This document shows positions 46,659-55,063 of a stretch of DNA of 64,000 bases, one piece after another. The notes below the pieces were generated by a model. That model did no database searches. It was not told where the DNA came from and saw nothing but the letters and a program-made list of their open reading frames with translations. Origin of the DNA: an uncultured Lachnospiraceae bacterium (lineage in GTDB: Bacteria; Bacillota; Clostridia; Lachnospirales; Lachnospiraceae); assembly GCA_902796425.1 (NCBI GenBank), contig CADBPC010000091.1, positions 82 to 64,081 on the forward strand, in the 5' to 3' direction. Every line of letters begins with the position of its first letter. Positions within the stretch are counted from its first letter, which is position 1. A program made the position numbers and the translations under genes.

Positions 46659-48104
46659 TCACACAGGGGCTTCCCCTGTGACAAATTTGCGGATATCGGA
46701 CGTCAGTTCCTTTACATTGCTTTCACCGATATAGATCATATGCCCGGAAGGATACCCCTTAAAGTACACACGGTCTTTCGGAAGGCCGGCATGTGTAAGG
46801 GTATGATAGACAAAACCTGTCTCCGTGCACAGGTCAAACCAGCCGTTTGCAAAGAATACGCGCATTCCGTGACGCCTTGTCATGGCGGTCCTGAGTTCCT
46901 CTGCCGTTGTCCCCTTCTCCTCTTTCTTGTCCCACTCTTTATTAAACGTTGCAGTACTTATATAGTTCCTGTTTAGTTTGACACCGAGTGAGGGAAGGAG
47001 ATCCCCAGTCAGTGCAGCATAGAAATATGGATTATAGCGGTCAGCGGTCGCATCATCCCAGAGAGCCTTTTCAGCCTCATCCACTTCAGGCTCCAGCATC
47101 GGCCGGGTCACACGGCCGTCATATCTGGACACGGCCCTTCCTTCACTCTTTAATACTTCCTGGCGATAGGTCGCGTCATTAATCTTCAAACCATTTCGGA
47201 TAAGATACTCTCTTGATACTCCTGCATAATAGGAAACTTTTTCGATGATTTCTTCCCGCTTATCCTCCGGCAGCGCCTCGCCCTTATACAGTGCCGGGAA
47301 ATACACATCATCCGCAAATTCCTTTGCCTCAGCTACAAACTCCTCGACTGTCTGCTGTGTCGGGTGGTGATGGAACCAGTTAACCGCGGCATAGGTCGGG
47401 AATCCCAGCACGGATCTTTCCACGGGTATTCCTTCACCGAAATAATGCCCTACCGTAACCGTATTACCGATCATGACAATTCCGTCAAACGCGATGCCGT
47501 ATGCGCGCTCGTTGCCGTACGAAGCAGCGATTCCGGCCGCTACCGCTGACCTGGTGCAGCCATAGCTTTCCCCGACAAGATACTTCGGAGACAGCATTCT
47601 GTCATAGCGCCTCAGCCAGGCTTCTATGAAGTTCAGCAGTGCTTCCGCATCCTGCTCAATTCCCAGAAAATGCTCCTTTTCCTTAGGATCGATCAGGACT
47701 CCGTACCCTGTTCCGACAGGGTCGACAAGTACAATATCCGCGACATCAAGAAGGCAGTCCGGATTATCGATGACCGTATAGGGACCGAAGGAAGACGGAC
47801 GATCCGGCTCCCCGTAGGTTATTCTCCTTGCACCCAGAAAGCCCGCGTGCACATACATGGATGAGCTGCCGGGTCCTCCGTTATAGGCAAATATGACCGG
47901 CCGGGCCTTCGTATCTTCAACATCCTTCCTGAAATAGGAGTACGAGAAGATCGACGCAATCGGCTTTCCCTCATCGTTATAAAACACATTGTCTTCACTG
48001 ACTGTGTGATAAGGTATCGTTACCCCGTTCAGCTGAATTTCATGATCTGATTCAAAGCGTGCCGGTACAAATTTCTCTGAATTGAAGTTTTCTGTTCTGT
48101 ACAT
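46659..48104 (-). CDS. Serine carboxypeptidase-like peptidase (MEROPS S10-type)
   Basis: 481 aa. NGGPGSSS oxyanion block and the nucleophile block VGESYGC, both hallmarks of S10 carboxypeptidases. No signal peptide seen. Confidence 0.7.
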   Translation of the reverse strand: MYRTENFNSEKFVPARFESDHEIQLNGVTIPYHTVSEDNVFYNDEGKPIASIFSYSYFRKDVEDTKARPVIFAYNGGPGSSSMYVHAGFLGARRITYGEPDRPSSFGPYTVIDNPDCLLDVADIVLVDPVGTGYGVLIDPKEKEHFLGIEQDAEALLNFIEAWLRRYDRMLSPKYLVGESYGCTRSAVAAGIAASYGNERAYGIAFDGIVMIGNTVTVGHYFGEGIPVERSVLGFPTYAAVNWFHHHPTQQTVEEFVAEAKEFADDVYFPALYKGEALPEDKREEIIEKVSYYAGVSREYLIRNGLKINDATYRQEVLKSEGRAVSRYDGRVTRPMLEPEVDEAEKALWDDATADRYNPYFYAALTGDLLPSLGVKLNRNYISTATFNKEWDKKEEKGTTAEELRTAMTRRHGMRVFFANGWFDLCTETGFVYHTLTHAGLPKDRVYFKGYPSGHMIYIGESNVKELTSDIRKFVTGEAPV

Positions 48105-48198
48105 TTTGCAATCTCCTGTTTTTGCTATATTTTTCCTGCAGCATTCTGCCTGCTGCCGCCTTATTCAAATATAGTACATCCCGGCACCGCTTTCCATT

Positions 48199-48236
48199 AC
48201 ATAAACACAGTCCCCGGCGTTCAATGCCAGGGACTG
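48199..48236 (-). terminator. Probable intrinsic terminator after the flavodoxin-ferredoxin gene
   Basis: Minus-strand RNA: CAGUCCCUGG-loop-CCGGGGACUG (plus arms 48208-48217 / 48227-48236, one G-U) followed by UGUUUAU. Confidence 0.45.
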
Positions 48237-48249
48237 CTCAACTTCACAA

Positions 48250-49071
48250 TTAATAAAAGATCTCCGTAAGTGCTCTTCTCTGGCAGGATTGCTCGATCAT
48301 CCTTATGTGCGAAAGCATCGCTTCGTCATTAAAGTATTTTGCATGACGCGGGCATTTTTTCACACATGCATGGCACTTGATGCAAATCCCCGGCACATTG
48401 GAAGGATCTGAGCTGTCTATCGATCCTAACGGGCAGACTTCTACGCAGATTCCGCAGTGATCACATAACGCCTTATCTGTAACCGGTTTTGCCTTAAGGA
48501 AATTAACAGGTTTTCCATCAAACCCTGTCGGTGTGTAATACTTTTCCGGTTTCAGCTCACCTTTAACTTCAACCGACTCAGGAATCTCCTTTGCCTCTCT
48601 AAGTTTTCTGCATGCCTGACTGGCAAGAAACCTCAGCAGCCTGTCATCCTCTTCATCCGGTCTGCCAAGTCCTATATCCACAAAGGAATGTTGGCAGGCA
48701 ATCGCACCTGCGGCAAATGGAATAAATCCATTTTCGGACAATTCATACTTCAGTTCACTAAGTGAATTCTCGTATGCCCTGTTGCCGAAGGTAGTGATAA
48801 TAACTGCCGGTGTGTTGTTTCCTTTGAACAGAGTCTTTACGAAAGGGAGAATCTTATTCGGAATGCGTCCGGCATAAGTCGGTACACCGAAAACCACGAG
48901 TTCCTTGTCTGTATATTCTCGGCGAGCGGAGCGTTCCTGCGGCAATGTGAAGTCATCACATACCACAGGAGCTCCGATTTCATGCGAAATATATTCAGCC
49001 GTTGTCCTGACAACCTTTTCCGTGTTTCCAGTAGCGCTGAAATACACAGCACTGATTGATTGGATTTTCAT
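48250..49071 (-). CDS. Flavodoxin-like domain fused to a 2x[4Fe-4S] ferredoxin domain (EFR1-type)
   Basis: 273 aa. VYFSATGNTEKVV flavodoxin loop; CDHCGICVEVCP and CIKCHACVKKCP cluster motifs. Start lies 2 nt after the ACAD stop codon. Confidence 0.75.
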   Translation of the reverse strand: MKIQSISAVYFSATGNTEKVVRTTAEYISHEIGAPVVCDDFTLPQERSARREYTDKELVVFGVPTYAGRIPNKILPFVKTLFKGNNTPAVIITTFGNRAYENSLSELKYELSENGFIPFAAGAIACQHSFVDIGLGRPDEEDDRLLRFLASQACRKLREAKEIPESVEVKGELKPEKYYTPTGFDGKPVNFLKAKPVTDKALCDHCGICVEVCPLGSIDSSDPSNVPGICIKCHACVKKCPRHAKYFNDEAMLSHIRMIEQSCQRRALTEIFY

Positions 49072-49073
49072 AT

Positions 49074-50204
49074 CTATTTCAGGATTGCCCCGCTGATGAC
49101 TATTCTCTGAACCTCGTTGGTTCCTTCACCTATCTCCATCAACTTGTTGTCCCTCAGAAGCCTCTCAACGTTGTATTCCTTACTGTATCCGTTGCCGCCA
49201 AGGATCTGGATTGCGTCGAGGCAGATCTGTGTAGCATGTGTCGACGCAAAAAGTTTCGCCTCTGCTGCCTGAAGCGAGCATCTGGCACCGGTTGATTTCA
49301 GCTCAGCAGCATCATAGAGCATCAGCTTCATGGCTTCTGTATACATTGCCATGTCTGCCAGCTTAAATGCGACAGCCTGGTGTTTACAGATCGGCTTGCC
49401 GAATGCCACCCGTCCAAGCGAATAATCTCTTGCAATCTGATAAGCATGCTCTGCAAGACCTGTGGAAATAGCAGTGCAGCTGATTCTGCCGCCGTCAAGT
49501 CCCTCCATCGCATAAACAAAGCCCATGCCTTCCTCACCCAGGAGAGCATCCTTCGGGATTTCCATATCATCGAAGGACAGGCCGTGAGTATCAGAGCTGC
49601 GCATGCCCATCTTATCTTCTTCCGCGTTTACGATCAGTCCGGGAGTTCCCTTCTCAACGATAAATGCAGAAATACCCTTTGCTCCCTTATCCGGATCTGT
49701 CTTTGCCATAATAACATAATAGTCAGCTATTCCGGAGTTTGTGATCCACGCCTTGCTTCCGTTCAGGATATACCCGTTCTCTGTCTTCTTTGCACGGGTT
49801 CTCATGCTTGCAGCATCCGATCCCGCTTCCGGTTCAGTCAGACAGAAAGAGCAGAGTTTTCCTTCAGCCAGACCCGTCAGATACTTTCTCTTCTGTTCCT
49901 CTGTCGCATGACGGCGGATCATATCCGTGGCAACCCAGCTGATTTCCATGGCCATCGCAAATCCGGCGTCACCCTTGGCAAGCTCATGAGTGATAATGGC
50001 ACACTCAACATCAGATAAGCCTGCTCCGCCGTATTCCTCTGGAATCGGTGTTGCCTGAAGTCCTGTCTCAATGTATTTCTCATAGAGTTCCTGGCACCAT
50101 CCGTCCCTGTCCATATCTCTCCCTCGGGGAGTAACTTCCTTTGCTGTGAACTCACGGGCGAGAGCCTGAATCTCCAACTGATCAGATGTAAATTTGTACG
50201 ACAT
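49074..50204 (-). CDS. Acyl-CoA dehydrogenase (butyryl-/glutaryl-CoA dehydrogenase-like)
   Basis: 376 aa. LTEPEAGSDAASM, ...GGNGYSKEYNVERLLRDNKLMEIGEGTNEVQR (catalytic-Glu region) are typical ACAD blocks. Confidence 0.9.
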   Translation of the reverse strand: MSYKFTSDQLEIQALAREFTAKEVTPRGRDMDRDGWCQELYEKYIETGLQATPIPEEYGGAGLSDVECAIITHELAKGDAGFAMAMEISWVATDMIRRHATEEQKRKYLTGLAEGKLCSFCLTEPEAGSDAASMRTRAKKTENGYILNGSKAWITNSGIADYYVIMAKTDPDKGAKGISAFIVEKGTPGLIVNAEEDKMGMRSSDTHGLSFDDMEIPKDALLGEEGMGFVYAMEGLDGGRISCTAISTGLAEHAYQIARDYSLGRVAFGKPICKHQAVAFKLADMAMYTEAMKLMLYDAAELKSTGARCSLQAAEAKLFASTHATQICLDAIQILGGNGYSKEYNVERLLRDNKLMEIGEGTNEVQRIVISGAILK

Positions 50205-50268
50205 TCTAAATCCTCCTCGTTGATATTGTTAATGTAAGCTGCCATGCAGACAGGCAGCCGCCATTTAA

Positions 50269-52035
50269 TTACTTTTTATGAAGGTCGTTGTATTCTTTTA
50301 TACAGCGGGGTGTAATCATCTGATGGAACGGGCATATGGATGCCGGGTTCTGATACACCGCCTGTACAAATGCAATCAGATAATCTCTGAGCTGTCCCAT
50401 TTTTACGATTTCATCGACCATACCCATCTTTGCCGCAAATTTCGGTCTGGACTTGTCGTGATATTCTTCGATGAGCTTGTTCATGTTTTTAATAATGTCA
50501 TCAAGAGGCTTGCCTTCTTTATTTGCTGCAACCAGCTGTCTTACATACATGGCAGCAGCGGCTGTTTCCCCATGCATGACGTAATACTCGCAGGTTGCCA
50601 CTCCGAGGCTGAACGGGTTGTTCTTTTCACACTGCGGTCCTCCGAGCACATAGTGAGCAGCTGCACTGCCTTTGCGCAGAGTAACCTCCATGTGAGGCAC
50701 GCCGCTGTTCTGTACGGTGTAGATCAGCGACTGCCCGAGTCCTAAAAGTTCTGCCTTCTCGGCTTCATCTCCGACATCAATGCCGTTGCTGTCCTGAAGC
50801 CAGATGACGGGAATTCTGTCTCTTGCGCAGAGTGTTGCAAATTCACTCATTTTGATGAGGCCCTGCCTGTACAGCTTTCCTCCGATACCTACCGAGCCCT
50901 TCTGCCTGTATTCAGGGTAATTCATAAGAAGGCCCTGTCTGTTGATGACAACTCCTGTAAGGAATCCGTCAAGCCTTGCAAGTCCGCAGATAACCTCCGG
51001 GCCGTAATCCGCTTTATATTCACTGAATTCACTTCCATCGAATATGCGGGACATAACCTGGTATGAATCGTATATCCTGCGCGAATTGAGCGGCAGGATA
51101 CTGTAGAGGTCTTCCGTCGGATACATCGGCTCACACGGAGGTGCTACACGGAAAAACTCTCTGCCGTACACCGGAGCAAGCTCCACATACCTGCGGACAC
51201 TCTCGATAACGCCGGCGTCATCCTCATTTACTTCCCTGAAAAATCCCGTTTCATCGTGATGGATTTTTACTCCTCCGGGCGGAGGTGTCTTTCCACCACT
51301 CTGCGCATTTATCAGCGCCATAGCGCTTTCCTGGTCAACATAGCCTTTGGGATTCATTCCCGACAGAATTCCCGCTCCGCCTACAGCCATGTTGGCATTC
51401 TTGTGCGCGATGATTATGCATGGACTGATCGCATGATATCCACCTCCTGCAGGATTGGTTCCAAACACTCCTACAATGACAGGAATCCCCAGCTGCGCCA
51501 GTTCTGCATTGCGATAGAAGGATGCTCCGCCGCCTCTTCTTCCCGGGAAAAGGAGCTCCTGAACATCCAGTTCAACGCCGGAACAGTTCAGCAGATAGAT
51601 CAGCGGTATCCTGAGGATTTTGGCCGCATCCGCTGCACGTGAAAGGTTCTCGGGCTGTCCCGGAACCCAGGCTCCTGCGCGCTTTTTATTGTCAGAGGCT
51701 ACAATAACTGCCCACCTTCCATTTACGCAGCCAAGGCCCTTGATCACGCTGGTAGACCCGCTCTCATTGTCATAGGGATTATAAAGACTATTCAGAGGAC
51801 GCCAGGTTCCTTCATCAACCAGCTTTAATATCCTCTGCATAGCGCTGAGCTGGCCACTTTTTGCAAGAGATTCGTCACTCCGGCCGTTCTTAATCGCTTC
51901 GAATGAGATCTTTTCGATTTCTTCCTCTATCTTCTTTATTTCCTGTTCATTATCGCCGCCGTCAGAATTCAGCTTCTGTCCGATCTTCGGCATACTCTGA
52001 AAATAGTTCGGCATGGAATATCCAAATGCTTCCAT
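50269..52035 (-). CDS. gcdA: Glutaconyl-CoA decarboxylase carboxyltransferase subunit (GcdA-type)
   Basis: ORF 50269-52134 trimmed to ATG 52035 (GGTGA 7 nt upstream; 22 nt after the CoA-transferase stop), giving 588 aa. SMPNYFQSMP, VASDNKKRAGAWVPGQ, GTNPAGGGYH and C-terminal YQNPASICPFHQMITPR closely match my memory of Acidaminococcus GcdA. Confidence 0.8.
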   Translation of the reverse strand: MEAFGYSMPNYFQSMPKIGQKLNSDGGDNEQEIKKIEEEIEKISFEAIKNGRSDESLAKSGQLSAMQRILKLVDEGTWRPLNSLYNPYDNESGSTSVIKGLGCVNGRWAVIVASDNKKRAGAWVPGQPENLSRAADAAKILRIPLIYLLNCSGVELDVQELLFPGRRGGGASFYRNAELAQLGIPVIVGVFGTNPAGGGYHAISPCIIIAHKNANMAVGGAGILSGMNPKGYVDQESAMALINAQSGGKTPPPGGVKIHHDETGFFREVNEDDAGVIESVRRYVELAPVYGREFFRVAPPCEPMYPTEDLYSILPLNSRRIYDSYQVMSRIFDGSEFSEYKADYGPEVICGLARLDGFLTGVVINRQGLLMNYPEYRQKGSVGIGGKLYRQGLIKMSEFATLCARDRIPVIWLQDSNGIDVGDEAEKAELLGLGQSLIYTVQNSGVPHMEVTLRKGSAAAHYVLGGPQCEKNNPFSLGVATCEYYVMHGETAAAAMYVRQLVAANKEGKPLDDIIKNMNKLIEEYHDKSRPKFAAKMGMVDEIVKMGQLRDYLIAFVQAVYQNPASICPFHQMITPRCIKEYNDLHKK

Positions 52036-52057
52036 CTTCACATCACCCTGACTAATC

Positions 52058-53260
52058 TCAGAAGACTCCACGCTCTTTGTATTCTTTGACCTGCTCAACT
52101 GTAAGTCCCGCAAATTCTGTATAAATTCTTTCATTGTCTTCTCCCAGTGTGGGTGCCGGACGCGTTATATGCGGCATTGTATCCAGAAGCTTTACCGCGT
52201 CTCCGTTGACATGCATCTCGCCGATAACCGGATGATTTATGACAGGGAACATTTCTCTGTCCTCAACAATATGGGGATCCTTTGTGATCTGGCTGACATC
52301 ATAGACAGGTCCCGCAGGAACACCTTTCTTAAGACACATATCAACAAGCTCCTGCGTTTCGTGGACTGATGTAAACTCTTCGATCAGAGGCTTTAATTCG
52401 TCCATGTTCGCCACGCGTTTGACATTGATGTCAAATCTGTCATCCGTAATTAATTCTGGTTTTCCGATAACTTCTGTGCAAAGTAATTCAAACAGGTGCT
52501 GATTGCCGCAAGCTATGACTACCATTCCGTCCTTTGACTTATAGGTGTCATAAGGAGCTGTCGCCGGATTCGTGTTGCCGTTTCGGGGCGGAATCTGGCC
52601 CGAATACCAGTACCTGGTAAACACATTTTCAAGGCTTACGAGAACCGCATCGACCAAAGACACATCAACCCTCTGTCCATGTCCGATGATGTTTCTGGCA
52701 TGAACAGCTGCCAGAATGCCGATTGTCAGGTTAAGTCCGCCAAGGATATCCCCCATTGCGTTTCCGGCCTTTGTGGGTTCTCCGCCGCGGGGTCCCGTAA
52801 CGCTCATCAGTCCGCCCATTGCCTGCCCCAGAATGTCATAGCCCGGTCTGTGCGAATACCTTCCATAACAGCCGTATCCGGAAACTGCAGCGTATATAAT
52901 CTGATTGTTAATCTCCTTCAACGTGTCATAACCCAGTCCCAACTTATCCATCACACCGGGGCGGTAGTTCTCCACTACTACATCCGCCTTTTTTACCATT
53001 TCAAGAAAGACCCTTTTGCCATCCGGATCCTTCAGGTTCAGTGTGACTCCGTCCTTGCTTCTGTTGTGCATGGCAAAATACGCGCTTTCACCATTCACAT
53101 ACGGCCCATAGGTTCTGCTGTCATCTCCGCCCTTCGGATTCTCAATCTTGATTATCCTGGCACCCATATCGCCAAGCATAGATGTGCAGAAGGGTCCGGC
53201 AACCACACGTGTGAGATCAAGAATTACAAGATCTTCCAATGCACCATGGTTTGTCTCCAT
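52058..53260 (-). CDS. Family III CoA-transferase (CaiB/BaiF type)
   Basis: ORF 52058-53305 trimmed to ATG 53260 (GGGAGGA 9 nt upstream). LDLTRVVAGPFCTSMLGDMGARIIKIE is the family III N-terminal signature. Confidence 0.9.
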   Translation of the reverse strand: METNHGALEDLVILDLTRVVAGPFCTSMLGDMGARIIKIENPKGGDDSRTYGPYVNGESAYFAMHNRSKDGVTLNLKDPDGKRVFLEMVKKADVVVENYRPGVMDKLGLGYDTLKEINNQIIYAAVSGYGCYGRYSHRPGYDILGQAMGGLMSVTGPRGGEPTKAGNAMGDILGGLNLTIGILAAVHARNIIGHGQRVDVSLVDAVLVSLENVFTRYWYSGQIPPRNGNTNPATAPYDTYKSKDGMVVIACGNQHLFELLCTEVIGKPELITDDRFDINVKRVANMDELKPLIEEFTSVHETQELVDMCLKKGVPAGPVYDVSQITKDPHIVEDREMFPVINHPVIGEMHVNGDAVKLLDTMPHITRPAPTLGEDNERIYTEFAGLTVEQVKEYKERGVF

Positions 53261-53305
53261 TTCTTTATGTCCTCCCATCCGCGATGCAAATATACTTTCC
53301 AGCAC

Positions 53306-53330
53306 TAGGCAATTTTGTAAAAATTGCCTA
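53306..53330. promoter_or_regulatory. Perfect 25-bp palindrome upstream of the CoA-transferase operon (candidate operator)
   Basis: TAGGCAATTTT-GTA-AAAATTGCCTA (53306-53330), arms 11/11, 46-70 nt upstream of ATG 53260, in the divergent region shared with the SLC13 permease gene. Confidence 0.4.
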
Positions 53331-53693
53331 AATGCTCGTATCTATCCTACAAAAAAAAGAACCTGCCGAATAATCAGCAAGTCCTTAGGATTCATAAGCT
53401 TTTACTTATATATTGTGCTGCTCCTTCATCAGTTCTGCGTTGCCTGGCAGAGATTTTTCACCGTTAATGCAGGCTCTCGCAGACATCCCATAAGCTTTTA
53501 GTTATGGATTGCACTGATTTGCATATTATCAATTCCAATAAGGTGAGATTATTATATTTTTAACGATCTTTTAGGGAAATGGCGGCTATCAATCAGCATT
53601 TTGCACATTGAGACGCGTATCAATATAAGCAAATGCATCAAAACGCATAAGTGCAGCTGCCAGTTCAAATCGTATTTTTGAAAGGAGATCATA

Positions 53694-54971
53694 ATGACAC
53701 CGCAAATAGTCACAACACTTATCATACTGGTTTGTATGTTTGCTCTGATGCTATGGAACAAAATCCCGCTTGCCGCAACGATGACACTTACAGGTATCGC
53801 ACTCTGGCTGACAGGCATCGTAGAGCCGAATAAGCTGTATTCCAGTTTCGGCGGAAGCACAATTATTTTCCTTATAGGAATGTCAATTGAAGTATATGCC
53901 CTTCAGGAGACAGGTCTGGTTGACCTAGCCGCAGACAGAATATTCCGAGGCAAGGTGATCGAGAGCGAGCGAATCGCCGTATTCGTCACTTGCCTTTTCT
54001 CGGGAATCGTAACCGGTTTCATCTCGAACACCGCTCTTGTCATGCTGATGATCCCCGTTCTGGCAGGTGCATTCGTAAAGTCCAAGGGCAATCTTCATCC
54101 GAAGTACCTTCTCATGGGTGTCGCGATCGAAGCCACTGTCGGCGGCTCTCTTTCCCTGATCGGCGGTGCCCCTAACCTGGCTACGCAGGGTGCTCTGCAG
54201 GATGCCGGCGTCGAAACAATGGGTTTCTTCTCCGCTGCTCCTCTCTCAATCGTCCTTGTAGTTATTACCGCAATTTACTTCGCAACAATCGGCTACAATA
54301 TTCTGAAGAAGTCCTGTGATTTTGACGATCCCCTGATTTCTGATGATAAAATTACAAAGGCCAGAAATTATGATGATGTTCCTGTGTGGAAGAAATATGT
54401 AGCGATCGGCGTTCTTGTCGGATCTATTCTTTGCTTCATCTTCGGTCACTGGGACAATCAGAACATCACCTTCATCGGCTGCGTCATTCTCTGGATCACC
54501 GGTACAATTCCTGTAGTTCCTTCACTGAAGCAAGTCGACTGGAATACAATGTGGGTATTGAACTTCTGTCTTGTCGTGGCAGGAGCAGTCAACTCCAGTG
54601 GAACCGGTAAGTGGGTCGCGAACGGAATCCTGAACATTCTCGGAGATAATGCAAACTACACAACAATTATCCTCTGTGTAGCAATCATTGGTGGTGTGCT
54701 GACACAGTTTATGTCCAATACAGCAACAAACGCAATGTTCACGCCCATCTGTATTGCACTGGCACAGGGTATCGGCGTAAGCCCTCTGGCAATCGCCATT
54801 CCCGCAATGGTAATGGTCAACAACGCAGTTACTACTCCGATCGGAAGCCCTTGCGTCACTGTTTCACTCGCCGGCGGCTACCGTCCCAAAGATTATCTGC
54901 TGTGCGGCCTGCCGCTTGTCATTATCCTGATACCGTTCACCGTTATTGCCGCTCTTCTGTTCTATGCATAA
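53694..54971 (+). CDS. SLC13/DASS-family (di/tricarboxylate-type) permease
   Basis: 425 aa, SD GAAAGGAG. Two hairpin SNT motifs (GFISNTALVML and FMSNTATNAMF), as in DASS transporters; more than 10 TM. Confidence 0.8.
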   Translation: MTPQIVTTLIILVCMFALMLWNKIPLAATMTLTGIALWLTGIVEPNKLYSSFGGSTIIFLIGMSIEVYALQETGLVDLAADRIFRGKVIESERIAVFVTCLFSGIVTGFISNTALVMLMIPVLAGAFVKSKGNLHPKYLLMGVAIEATVGGSLSLIGGAPNLATQGALQDAGVETMGFFSAAPLSIVLVVITAIYFATIGYNILKKSCDFDDPLISDDKITKARNYDDVPVWKKYVAIGVLVGSILCFIFGHWDNQNITFIGCVILWITGTIPVVPSLKQVDWNTMWVLNFCLVVAGAVNSSGTGKWVANGILNILGDNANYTTIILCVAIIGGVLTQFMSNTATNAMFTPICIALAQGIGVSPLAIAIPAMVMVNNAVTTPIGSPCVTVSLAGGYRPKDYLLCGLPLVIILIPFTVIAALLFYA

Positions 54972-55012
54972 TGGTTTGAACACATATTTTTGCTTACTCC
55001 AATTCCCTTAAT

Positions 55013-55054
55013 AAACATGCCGTGCAGTTTATAACCGCGCGGCATGTTTGTTGT
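55013..55054. terminator. Hairpin between the convergent permease and LysR genes (possible bidirectional terminator)
   Basis: AAACATGCCG (55013-55022) / CGGCATGTTT (55040-55049): perfect 10 bp, 17-nt loop, followed by GTTGT; A-rich on the other side. Confidence 0.5.
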
Positions 55055-55063
55055 ATCATATCC

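Noticed and set aside
50269-52134. Long N-terminal extensions offered by the ORF track. Examples: gcdA from 52134 overlapping the CoA-transferase gene, glpA-like from 7398, SDR from 21458, LysR from 56020, kinase from 59300, FMN dehydrogenase from 30358.
   Set aside because: In each case an internal ATG with a good SD coincides with the conserved N-terminus of the family and removes overlaps with the upstream gene. The extensions are Arg/Gly-rich and non-homologous.
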